From Gammaproteobacteria bacterium (GTDB lineage: Bacteria; Pseudomonadota; Gammaproteobacteria; SZUA-140): DNA of 64,000 bases. Below, one piece after another: positions 42,959 to 51,316 of the stretch. The position numbers and the translations under genes are program-made. Each line of letters begins with the position of its first letter. The first letter of the stretch is position 1. Location: positions 2,061 through 66,060 of the forward strand of contig JAKISP010000001.1 of NCBI GenBank assembly GCA_021648525.1, in the 5' to 3' direction. Below the pieces are notes generated by a model that worked only from the letters and a program-made list of their open reading frames with translations, ran no database searches and was not told where the DNA came from.

Positions 42959-44140
42959 ATGAAAAAGAGCAGCAATAAATTACACGGTAACTGGAATTAC
43001 CCCACCACCCTGTGGTTCGGCGCTGAGCGTATCACAGAGCTTGCCACCGCCTGCAAAACACTCAACATGCGCCACCCATTACTCGTCACTGACCCCGGCC
43101 TCAGTCGGCTGCCAATGGTGAGTGAGGCGCTCTCCTATAACAAAGCACAGGGCATTCCCACCGGGCTATTCAGTGATATTAAGCCCAATCCAAACGGCTT
43201 AAATATCGAGAATGGCATTAAGTATTACCGTCAAAATAAACATGACGGTGTCATCGCTTTTGGCGGCGGCAGTGCACTTGATGCAGGCAAGGCGATTGCG
43301 CTAATGAGTGGGCAGACACAGCCACTGTGGGCATTCGAAGATACCGGTGATAACTGGCAGCGTGTCGACAGTAACGGAATTGCCCCCATCATTGCAGTGC
43401 CCACCACCTCCGGCACAGGCTCAGAGGTAGGCCGAGCATCACTTATTGTCGATGAAGAAAAACATTGTAAAAAAATCATTTTTCATCCCAGAATGCTACC
43501 CAGCATTGTTATTGCCGACCCACAACTCACTACCGGACTACCCGCCAATATCACCGCCGCAACCGGCATGGATGCGCTTTCCCACAACCTTGAGGCATAC
43601 TGCGCCCCAGCCTACCACCCGATGGCAGATGGCATCGCACTGGAAGGAATGCGCCTGATCAAAGAGTGGCTCATCATTGCCTGCGAAGAGCCACAAAACA
43701 TTGAAGCGCGTAGCCAGATGATGATCGCATCCACCATGGGGGCAACCGCTTTTCAGAAAGGACTCGGTGCAATGCACGCCCTCGCCCACCCAATCGGGGC
43801 AATTTATGATGCACATCACGGCCTGCTCAATGCCATCCTGATGCCCTATGTCTTACTCAGGAACCGCCCTGCAATTGACACTCGCATGCGACACCTGGCA
43901 CGTTATCTCGAACTCGATGGTAACGACTTTGACGCGGTATTCGACTACATCATCACCTTACGCGCTCACATCGGTATTCCTGATGATTTGCGCAGCATTG
44001 GCATCGACGAGCACCGTATTGATGAGATCGCCACCCTGGCACTGCAGGACCCCTCCGCTGCTGGTAATCCTGTTCCACTGACTCAGGCGCAATATTCAAC
44101 ACTACTCAGCGACGCGATCAACGGCAACTTAAAGAATTAA
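42959..44140 (+). CDS. iron-containing (group III) alcohol dehydrogenase
   Basis: Fe-ADH motifs are present: GGGSALDAGKAIA, and His ligands in MHALAHPIGAIYDAHHG. Confidence 0.9.
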   Translation: MKKSSNKLHGNWNYPTTLWFGAERITELATACKTLNMRHPLLVTDPGLSRLPMVSEALSYNKAQGIPTGLFSDIKPNPNGLNIENGIKYYRQNKHDGVIAFGGGSALDAGKAIALMSGQTQPLWAFEDTGDNWQRVDSNGIAPIIAVPTTSGTGSEVGRASLIVDEEKHCKKIIFHPRMLPSIVIADPQLTTGLPANITAATGMDALSHNLEAYCAPAYHPMADGIALEGMRLIKEWLIIACEEPQNIEARSQMMIASTMGATAFQKGLGAMHALAHPIGAIYDAHHGLLNAILMPYVLLRNRPAIDTRMRHLARYLELDGNDFDAVFDYIITLRAHIGIPDDLRSIGIDEHRIDEIATLALQDPSAAGNPVPLTQAQYSTLLSDAINGNLKN

Positions 44141-44304
44141 GAAACCGCTGAATAAAGCCTGCTTTTCAGCATAAAACAAGGGTAATAGCGTTAAAAGAGC
44201 ACGCGCCATTACCTGCTGGTCGAATCTAAAGTGACTGCGTTATAGTTTTAAGAAAAATTGCCGATCAATTCTATAGTCCATTCTATTTCTTAACACCTGA
44301 TAAC

Positions 44305-45210
44305 ATGCTGAAGATATTAAAATTTTTTTCCAAAAAGAGAGCAACAACCAGCCAATCAGCAAGCGTGCGCGTGGTACTGGACAGTGCCCGACTATGCCAA
44401 CTGCTGCCCTATTTTCCCATCGGAGCTAATCTCAGGTATTTTCCAGAATACAGGCAAGAAATAACTCTGGACTCCATCATTATTGCCTACTTAATAAATG
44501 ATGAGGTTATTTACTCAAACAATGATCTCTCCACTACAGATGATAACCATCATTTGATATTGAATGGCGCTATGGTTGATGAAATCAACAACTTTGCTTT
44601 TCTCATTCCTGCCGTCAGCCGCAACGAAACTGAGCTGGACTACGAACAAAAAGAAATACTGGAACAGAGCGGTGGCCTGGCAAAAGGCAATAGCATAACC
44701 TTAATCGGACAGCAAACCGACGGCAAGATCCCATTCATTGACACGCTGGTAACAAAACATACGCGCTTCAAAGAAGGGCATTTCAACAACACTCAAGTGG
44801 TTGCGCTCAATGTCGATCCAACGCTATTAGAACTGAAGGACCAACGAAGTCAAACAAGGTTAGCCGCAAAAATCCCTGCTCTGATACAGACAAAGCTCTA
44901 TAACGAGAAACATCAATGCACCCTTATCGATTTCTCAGAACACACGGTCAAAATCTGCTGTGATGATAATGAAATAATTTCGATAAGCTGCACGAAAGGT
45001 GAAATAATCACCCTCACATTCAACCTTCCCTCCAGTACCACACCTAAAGTCATGAAAGGCAGAGTACTTAAAATTGATGGCCCAGCACTGATTGCCGAAC
45101 TTGAAGAAATACTGGTTGACCAACGATTCAAGAAGCTCACCACCCTCGATATTTTAGAGATTAAAACCAAATTACTTCAGCAACCACTAACATCAACTAA
45201 CACGACATAA
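44305..45210 (+). CDS. hypothetical protein, possible degenerate PilZ-like C-terminal domain
   Basis: This is the first gene of the AT-rich island. RSQTR (RxxxR) is followed about 25 aa later by DFSEHT, resembling the PilZ RxxxR...DxSxxG pattern but lacking the Gly. Confidence 0.45.
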   Translation: MLKILKFFSKKRATTSQSASVRVVLDSARLCQLLPYFPIGANLRYFPEYRQEITLDSIIIAYLINDEVIYSNNDLSTTDDNHHLILNGAMVDEINNFAFLIPAVSRNETELDYEQKEILEQSGGLAKGNSITLIGQQTDGKIPFIDTLVTKHTRFKEGHFNNTQVVALNVDPTLLELKDQRSQTRLAAKIPALIQTKLYNEKHQCTLIDFSEHTVKICCDDNEIISISCTKGEIITLTFNLPSSTTPKVMKGRVLKIDGPALIAELEEILVDQRFKKLTTLDILEIKTKLLQQPLTSTNTT

Positions 45211-45275
45211 ACAACTCATTTAGCCCCGTAAATGCCATCACAACGAGTGATCACACGCGCATCAAAGTCGCCTGT

Positions 45276-45824
45276 TTATCTACCAATAAAATTGCACTGC
45301 TCATCATCGGTTAAGGTGACATTGCTCTGCTCCAGTTTCAATAAGCGTTTTTTTGTTGTCAACCCGCCAGCATAACCAACCAATCGCCCGTCACTTCCAA
45401 TTATGCGATGGCAAGGTATAATTAATCCGATAGAATTTGCACCATTAGCAGCAGCTACTGCTCGAACAGACTTCTGATTATTGATGTTTTTTGCCAATTG
45501 CAGATAGGTTGATGTAACGCCATAAGGAACTTTCATCAATGCGCACCAGACTTTTTTCTGGAAATCAGTTCCTACTGTTAAAAGTGGAATATCAAATTTT
45601 TGTCTATCACCACTAAGATACTCGCCGAGTTGATTCCTTGTTTTTTCCAACACCTCATGATCCTGCTCAACATACTCGGCATTCAGTCCTTTTTTTATCC
45701 TGTTATCTACGGTTATTCTCATTCTTCTATGTTTAAAATCAAGAAGACACAATTGATGCTGAAATGAACCCAGTATCATTTCACCAACCCTGGATTTGTA
45801 ATGTTGTATGTTAATTTGATTCAT
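45276..45824 (-). CDS. ogt: methylated-DNA--protein-cysteine methyltransferase (Ogt/MGMT)
   Basis: The active site is IPCHRIIGSDG and the DNA-binding helix is TYLQLAKNINNQKSVRAVAAANGANSIGLIIPCHR. I chose Met 45824 because its ATG overlaps the upstream gene's TGA (ATGA). Confidence 0.8.
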   Translation of the reverse strand: MNQINIQHYKSRVGEMILGSFQHQLCLLDFKHRRMRITVDNRIKKGLNAEYVEQDHEVLEKTRNQLGEYLSGDRQKFDIPLLTVGTDFQKKVWCALMKVPYGVTSTYLQLAKNINNQKSVRAVAAANGANSIGLIIPCHRIIGSDGRLVGYAGGLTTKKRLLKLEQSNVTLTDDEQCNFIGR

Positions 45825-46600
45825 CTTTCTGTGAATAGACAGCAAAATGATTGCGTGTCTTTAATCTCCGTCAAAATGGCTTTTAGGTTATCATTCGTTT
45901 TGCTGTATACAAATGGCCCCATGCTTATTCTCTTTACCCCAATTCGCTCAAGAATCGAAAAATCTGGCAAATTGGACACTGCCATGACATTCACCGGCAG
46001 AGACACGCTATCGACAAGACACTTGATTTCATTTTCATCTGAAATACAAGGGATGAATATTCCATCGGCTCCCGCTTCTTCGTAAAGCTTTGCTCGTGAC
46101 ATTGACTGGTTTAAAGCATTATCAAGGCCGATGACATAAGGATCCGTTCGAATATTTAAAAAAATATTTATATTTTTTTCGAGAAAATATTGTTTTATCG
46201 ATTTAATTGTTTCAACGAAAATTGTTGAATCGACCAGATTTCTATTACCATCTTCGACGATAGAATCTTCTAGATTAACACCAACCACACCCAACTGACT
46301 TAACAGGACAATATTCTCTATTATTTTGCTATTTTTCCTGCTGTATCCTGCTTCAATATCAACTGTTAGTGGGATAGTGATTTTCGATACAATAGATTGA
46401 ACGACAGAATAAAGTTCATCAAAAGATATCTGTTCACCATCTTCATACCCTAGTGAACTAGCAATTGCAGCACTTGAGGTACCCAATGCTTTAAAGCCCA
46501 TTTTTTCAAACATTAACGCACTTTGTACATCCCACACGTTACCAATCAATAATGACTGTTTTTTCTGGTGTGATAAATTAAACGCCTGGAAGTGACTCAT
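45821..46600 (-). CDS. isocitrate lyase/PEP mutase superfamily enzyme (not bona fide PEP mutase)
   Basis: It has the ICL/PEPM TIM-barrel pattern (LLIGNVWDVQSALMFEKMGFKALGTSSAAIA...VDIEAGY...GVNLEDS...GADGIFIPC). It lacks the EDKxxxxxNS motif of true PEP phosphomutases. Confidence 0.75.
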   Translation of the reverse strand: MSHFQAFNLSHQKKQSLLIGNVWDVQSALMFEKMGFKALGTSSAAIASSLGYEDGEQISFDELYSVVQSIVSKITIPLTVDIEAGYSRKNSKIIENIVLLSQLGVVGVNLEDSIVEDGNRNLVDSTIFVETIKSIKQYFLEKNINIFLNIRTDPYVIGLDNALNQSMSRAKLYEEAGADGIFIPCISDENEIKCLVDSVSLPVNVMAVSNLPDFSILERIGVKRISMGPFVYSKTNDNLKAILTEIKDTQSFCCLFTER

Positions 46601-46705
46601 TATTAATCTCCTTTACTATTGTGAAAGGAGATTATAAATAATTCACTAACGCTATTCATTCACTTAGATTCATTTTTTAATTTTCTCAATGTTTGCGGTG
46701 CTACC

Positions 46706-47218
46706 TCAGGGCGTGTTGTTATGCGCATTTTCACTTCTGGCCCACGAACTGATAATTTCACTGGTTAATTGAAACTTACCGAAATCATATTGAAAAAGCG
46801 CCTCCCTTGAAACAACCTTTATCTCAGCTATTTCTGTACTGAGAGATAACGCCCCTTTAGCCTCAAGATGATAGGCAATTATAAGCTGATTGTTTTTCGG
46901 GAATTTAAAATGACCAATAAATTTGAGCGACATACAGGCATAACCAAGCTCTTCCTTTAATTCTCTTGAAATTGACTCTTCTGGCGTTTCATTTTTTTCC
47001 ATAAAGCCCGTTATGACAGAAAACACCTCTTTCGGCCATTCTGAGTTTCTCGCTAGCACATAATTATTACCCAACTGGACTAGACCAGCCACTACCGGAA
47101 CTGGATTGTTCCAATTGACGAAATCACACCCGTCAGATACACACACATTTTTATAGGCACCATCTATTTCTTGTTTTATAAGTTGACTAGCGCAGTTCGG
47201 GCAAAATTTCATGGCCAA
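46706..47218 (-). CDS. NUDIX hydrolase with N-terminal zinc ribbon
   Basis: The zinc ribbon is CPNCASQ...CVSDGC. The Nudix box is ESISRELKEELGY. Its start is 1 nt from the upstream tautomerase-like stop. Confidence 0.8.
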   Translation of the reverse strand: MAMKFCPNCASQLIKQEIDGAYKNVCVSDGCDFVNWNNPVPVVAGLVQLGNNYVLARNSEWPKEVFSVITGFMEKNETPEESISRELKEELGYACMSLKFIGHFKFPKNNQLIIAYHLEAKGALSLSTEIAEIKVVSREALFQYDFGKFQLTSEIISSWARSENAHNNTP

Positions 47219-47219
47219 A

Positions 47220-47603
47220 TTACACGTTTAATTTGTAGTTCAATTTGGCTTCATCCCCAGTAATACCCCTGAACCCCCAACAGTGTGCAGGCTGTTCTTT
47301 GATTGTTATTTCAACATCGACTGGCGATATACCTATTTCACTCTCAACCCTCTGGAATATCTCTTTAATCAATGCCTTCTGAGTTTCATGCTCCCGACCG
47401 GTCATCATGTTTATTTCAATCACGGTATATGCATCGCTACGCCCACCAGGGTAGTAGAAATCTTCCTTGTCCAGAGGAATAAATCGATGAGCCCTTTTAT
47501 CTTCTGGCATTCCGAGAACAGACTGCATACAACCATGTATCACATCTGATAGCTTAGCTTTAACCGGATTCAATCTTTCTTTAATGCCATATACTACGAT
47601 CAT
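47220..47603 (-). CDS. tautomerase-superfamily-like small protein (tentative)
   Basis: It is 127 aa. The C-terminal half has a beta-alpha-beta tautomerase-like pattern (VIEINMMTGREHETQKALIKEIFQRVESEIGISPVDVEITIKEQPAHCWGFRG), but there is no Pro1. Confidence 0.4.
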   Translation of the reverse strand: MIVVYGIKERLNPVKAKLSDVIHGCMQSVLGMPEDKRAHRFIPLDKEDFYYPGGRSDAYTVIEINMMTGREHETQKALIKEIFQRVESEIGISPVDVEITIKEQPAHCWGFRGITGDEAKLNYKLNV

Positions 47604-47777
47604 AACTATTCCTTAAACGCATATCGCCAGCATCACCAGCGGCAAAAAGTAGAGCGGTGAGGAACGAGGAGGTTCCCTACGTAAAATGTGCCAACAAGGA
47701 CTTAGTTGTTATGCTTGAATAAGTAATCATACTTGCAGTTTGCATACGTGTCTGGCACCAGGTATCAACAATGAAAA

Positions 47778-48461
47778 TCAATCTATACTATTGAGTCTCC
47801 AGCCTATTTCTACCGGCCTGCCCTTATCTGGCCTGCTCAGTATTAGCAAATCTACATGCTTGCCATGAGCATTTCGAGCGTACCATTCAGATTGAATAAG
47901 TAAGTCTTCAAATCCATCGCTAGTGAAATCACCACGTGCCAGCAGCGTTAAATAGACCTCATCCGCCTTTGTAAGTAATTTGAAGATATTTTCTTTCTCA
48001 AGCGTAATTTGAATGCTGGCGTCATAAAATTTAATTGACAGATCTTGCCTTTTGATAGTATCAGCTTTGCTCAATAGCGGCGTTATAGCGGCTGGTAACT
48101 GGTAGATGAAATTTGTGTTCAGTTTGGACGGGAAGTTATTTGTGTGTGCAGTACTAGCTGTAGAATATTTATCTATAGCTTTACACGATACCAGAAGAAG
48201 CTTAAAACGGAAGTAGTCGTAGTCGACTATTTTTGAAATATCGATACCATTAGCCTGTTTGCAGCTAGTAATGACAAGCTTTCCACCTTCTATTGACTGG
48301 TATTCGTAGTTGGATAGAGCAGGCTGACTAATATCCAACTGGCTTACAAAGCTAAATCCAGGAAATTGTTCCTGGTATAGTTTTGCATCAATCATAGTAC
48401 TGCTAGTTGAGCATGCCTGAAGAAAAGCAAAGGACAGAAAAATAATGAATAATTTTCTCAT
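47778..48461 (-). CDS. lipoprotein (candidate immunity/partner protein of the adjacent lysozyme)
   Basis: The lipobox is MRKLFIIFLSFAFLQAC. It starts 5 nt after the lysozyme stop. I recognised no family. Confidence 0.55.
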   Translation of the reverse strand: MRKLFIIFLSFAFLQACSTSSTMIDAKLYQEQFPGFSFVSQLDISQPALSNYEYQSIEGGKLVITSCKQANGIDISKIVDYDYFRFKLLLVSCKAIDKYSTASTAHTNNFPSKLNTNFIYQLPAAITPLLSKADTIKRQDLSIKFYDASIQITLEKENIFKLLTKADEVYLTLLARGDFTSDGFEDLLIQSEWYARNAHGKHVDLLILSRPDKGRPVEIGWRLNSID

Positions 48462-48466
48462 CGTGT

Positions 48467-49096
48467 TTAGGGCGTAGAAGGAGTTGGTTTGGCTGCAACA
48501 GGTATGGTATTGAGCAATTGTTTAACATACTGGTTTCGTGCAGTATTAACATCGGGGCGGTTGGACTCAGTAGCCGCTTTTTTCCAATCACCCGCTTTTA
48601 AAGCTTTATTGAAGCTGGGAAAGCTACCAGTAATCTTCGTAGCACCAAGGTTGAATATCATATCGAACAGCGCTAACTGTACGTTTTTGTGCAGTTTGTC
48701 GAAGTCATCAGGGTAGCCATTAGATTTTTTATAAATGTTAGTTAGCTCAGTGTAAAAGCTATTAATGTGTTTATCCCTTTGTGTATTAATGTCACTGTCT
48801 TTCATAACTAGCGTGGTATGAGACTTGAAACTACTTGCACCATATCGCTGGCCATAGGGTAGTTTGGAGATTTTATCGTATTCAGCCTGCTTCTCAGTAA
48901 GATTTGCCAGTAGAAAGGGAAACTTGTTTTTTAATTTATATAGCGCAACAGTCGCTATAGCATTCCGGTTGGGTATGAGATGACCTATACCAATGGTAAC
49001 TTTGCCTTTGGTATCCAGATAAAGATGACTAAAACGCCCTTCATATTGCTCAATTTTCTTCACAAGCTCCGATTTAATATTGACAGCTAGTGACAT
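48467..49096 (-). CDS. T4-type (GH24) lysozyme / muramidase
   Basis: The catalytic-triad spacing is identical to T4 lysozyme E11-D20-T26: IEQYEGRFSHLYLDTKGKVTIGIGH has E, then D at +9, then T at +6. The C-terminal lobe FNLGATKITGSFPSFNKALKAGDWKKAA matches [27 protein letters not shown]. An AGAGGGGG Shine-Dalgarno lies 5 nt before the chosen Met at 49096. Confidence 0.75.
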   Translation of the reverse strand: MSLAVNIKSELVKKIEQYEGRFSHLYLDTKGKVTIGIGHLIPNRNAIATVALYKLKNKFPFLLANLTEKQAEYDKISKLPYGQRYGASSFKSHTTLVMKDSDINTQRDKHINSFYTELTNIYKKSNGYPDDFDKLHKNVQLALFDMIFNLGATKITGSFPSFNKALKAGDWKKAATESNRPDVNTARNQYVKQLLNTIPVAAKPTPSTP

Positions 49097-49586
49097 AAAT
49101 ACCCCCTCTAAAAAAATTATCATGTGTATATTAACTGATCTTAACTTCTAAGGACACCATGGATGTGACTGTAAGTTTGTAGATGATTGGTGGGGACGCA
49201 CGGTGCTCTGTACTATGCCTTTGCTCCTGGTCATCCTGGCCGACTCATTACCCAGGGGCGCACCGTGGAAAACAATTCACATCCTAATAAACCTTGCTGA
49301 TCACATACCAACAATACCTGTTCGAAAACAGATTTGATATCCTCTAGCTTACTGCTAATGAATTGGAGTACGCAAAAAGAATGACTTTTAATATCCTAAG
49401 GTCATAAGCAGGACGACCATTAAAATCGTTTTTATAACGTGGATAAAAAACACTCAGATCAAGGTTATTTTCACATGAATATCAAAATAAGAATATTTAA
49501 CGTGCCTGAGCGTAATTGATCTTCCAGGCTCAAGGCCAACAATAGGTCTTGACAGTAGTTCGTGCGCATTTATTGCTTTTGTCAGG

Positions 49587-49621
49587 AAAATTAAAAAATC
49601 CCGCAACAAGAGTTTACGGGG
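49587..49621 (-). terminator. intrinsic terminator after island hypothetical gene
   Basis: On the minus strand there is a CCCCGTAA-ACTCTTG-TTGCGGG hairpin followed by ATTTTTTAATTTT. Confidence 0.45.
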
Positions 49622-49656
49622 TCTAAGTTAATAAACTGTAAAAAAGCTATCAAGGA

Positions 49657-50232
49657 TTAGAAAATACTTCGAGCAATATCTATAAACTGCTTAATTGATT
49701 TTTGCGTTTTTAAAGCACGATTTGTACTCAGAGTGAATATTTTCTGATCAGTTGCCCAGGTTAGCTCACTAAGACCTTTTTCACTTCGGCTCTGTTTTAC
49801 ACTTAAAATTGCAGGGAAACCATTAACATCCTGATTTATAGCCTCTTCAATGAAAGCCACACCGCCTTCCGACACTAGAAAATCAAGTTCCTCAAGCCCA
49901 ATAAGCCCGAATTTTTTGACCACAAAAACCCGATTTAACCCCGTCCAGCCCTCTTCTGTATGCCCACCACTTGCAGATGCTCCTAATAAAGTTGCTTGCC
50001 CAAGTACTGATGCGTCCAGGCTTGCCGGTATTATCGTCAGCACGGAAGATATATCTGCCATGGATTTTAATTGTCTCTCTTTATTTTCGTTTGCCTTATC
50101 TAAATAAGACACAGCATCTTCTGTTACATCTATAAAACCTTTTTCCTTTATTTGTGTGAATTCCAGTTTCGCTTGTGTTTTAAGCACATCAGGAACAGAA
50201 TGTTGTTCCAATGGCAATATCGTTATACCCAT
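49657..50232 (-). CDS. hypothetical protein; N-terminus probably disrupted by a frameshift at an A7/T6 homopolymer (see findings)
   Basis: It is a 191-aa ORF. Upstream, an ATG at 50357 opens MKRVNKFTKKFF*. The +1 frame continues LTTACGIVAISFPFYASHAAPGGAVEPAVS into the annotated Met. Confidence 0.5.
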   Translation of the reverse strand: MGITILPLEQHSVPDVLKTQAKLEFTQIKEKGFIDVTEDAVSYLDKANENKERQLKSMADISSVLTIIPASLDASVLGQATLLGASASGGHTEEGWTGLNRVFVVKKFGLIGLEELDFLVSEGGVAFIEEAINQDVNGFPAILSVKQSRSEKGLSELTWATDQKIFTLSTNRALKTQKSIKQFIDIARSIF

Positions 50233-50721
50233 TGAAACGGCAGGTTCTACTGCACCTCCCGGTGCGGCATGTGAAGCATAGAAAGGAAAGCTAATAGCAA
50301 CTATTCCACAGGCCGTTGTTAAAAAAACTTTTTTGTAAATTTATTAACACGCTTCATGATCGTTGTCCTCTTAATTGGTTTTTGAATGTATTTATATTGC
50401 CAGTGCATTGGATTGCAACCTGTGGCACTCGTGCTCCCTAACAGGTACCGACCTGCGCTAGAGGACCAACACTAATGTTTTCCAGACATATAAAAGCCAC
50501 CAATTAGACCTTCATTCCAATGTATGGCGGCGGCACTCCATTTATGATATTAGAGAAGAAATACAGAATAAACCGTTCAATTTAACAACAATATTTCCTT
50601 AACTATTCAACCCCTCCCTATGCGAAAATTCTAGCGTATTCTATGGATGTTACCACCGCTTTCAGCTTGATTTCAGTTTCATTCGCTATGCTATTTTTCA
50701 ATTTGAATGAGCAGGAGATTA

Positions 50722-51291
50722 ATGATGCACAATACCAATGAGATCAACGTGTGGGATCGCTTTGTCAGAAGCTTTCACTGGAGCCTGGTGGTCACTTTTA
50801 CGGTCTGCTATCTCACTGAAGACGATTTCATGGACATACATGTCTGGAGTGGCTATGCCATTATGGTACTGCTGGCACTACGCTTTGTGTGGGGCTTTAT
50901 CGGTACTGAGCATGCGCGCTTCTCTGATTTCGTATATCGACCTTCAATGGTGTGGGCCTACACCCGGGATGTGTTATTGCTGCGTGCCAAACGTTATATT
51001 GGCCATAACCCTGCCGGTGGCGCGATGATCATACTGTTTTTTATTAGTCTGATCCTGGCAACCGTGTCAGGCATTGTGTTGTACGGAGCAGATGAACATG
51101 CTGGCCCACTCGCCTCGATGATGAGTGGTGTAAGCGAATCAACCGAAGAAATTCTAGAAGAGGTACATGAATTTTTTGCCAACTTCACTGTCCTGCTTGT
51201 TGTGGTTCATCTTGGCGGGGTATTGTTTGAAAGCTTGCTACATCGTGAAAATTTGATAAGAGCGATGATCAATGGCCGTAAAAAGGCGTAA
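50722..51291 (+). CDS. cytochrome b561 / Ni-hydrogenase-type b cytochrome family membrane protein
   Basis: It has four TM helices with conserved His (FHWSLVV, HVWSGY, GHNPAGG, VVVHLGG). I chose the start at the ATGATG after a CAGGAG Shine-Dalgarno. Confidence 0.8.
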   Translation: MMHNTNEINVWDRFVRSFHWSLVVTFTVCYLTEDDFMDIHVWSGYAIMVLLALRFVWGFIGTEHARFSDFVYRPSMVWAYTRDVLLLRAKRYIGHNPAGGAMIILFFISLILATVSGIVLYGADEHAGPLASMMSGVSESTEEILEEVHEFFANFTVLLVVVHLGGVLFESLLHRENLIRAMINGRKKA

Positions 51292-51316
51292 GATAGCGAT
51301 AACAGGAGTAGTAACC

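Noticed and set aside
45821-46600. PEP mutase as a marker of a phosphonate biosynthesis cluster
   Set aside because: The protein has the general ICL/PEPM fold motifs but lacks the EDKxxxxxNS signature of genuine PEP phosphomutases. There is no phosphonopyruvate decarboxylase nearby.
48467-49096. Lysozyme as evidence of a prophage
   Set aside because: No holin, spanin, capsid, tail, terminase or integrase genes lie within 10 kb. The gene's neighbours are a lipoprotein and metabolic or repair genes.
44150-50710. Integrase- or att-bounded genomic island
   Set aside because: No integrase, transposase or tRNA is present at either border. The only border similarity is an imperfect roughly 10-nt match. 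xerD at 62.4 kb is the chromosomal dimer-resolution recombinase next to dsbC, not an island integrase.
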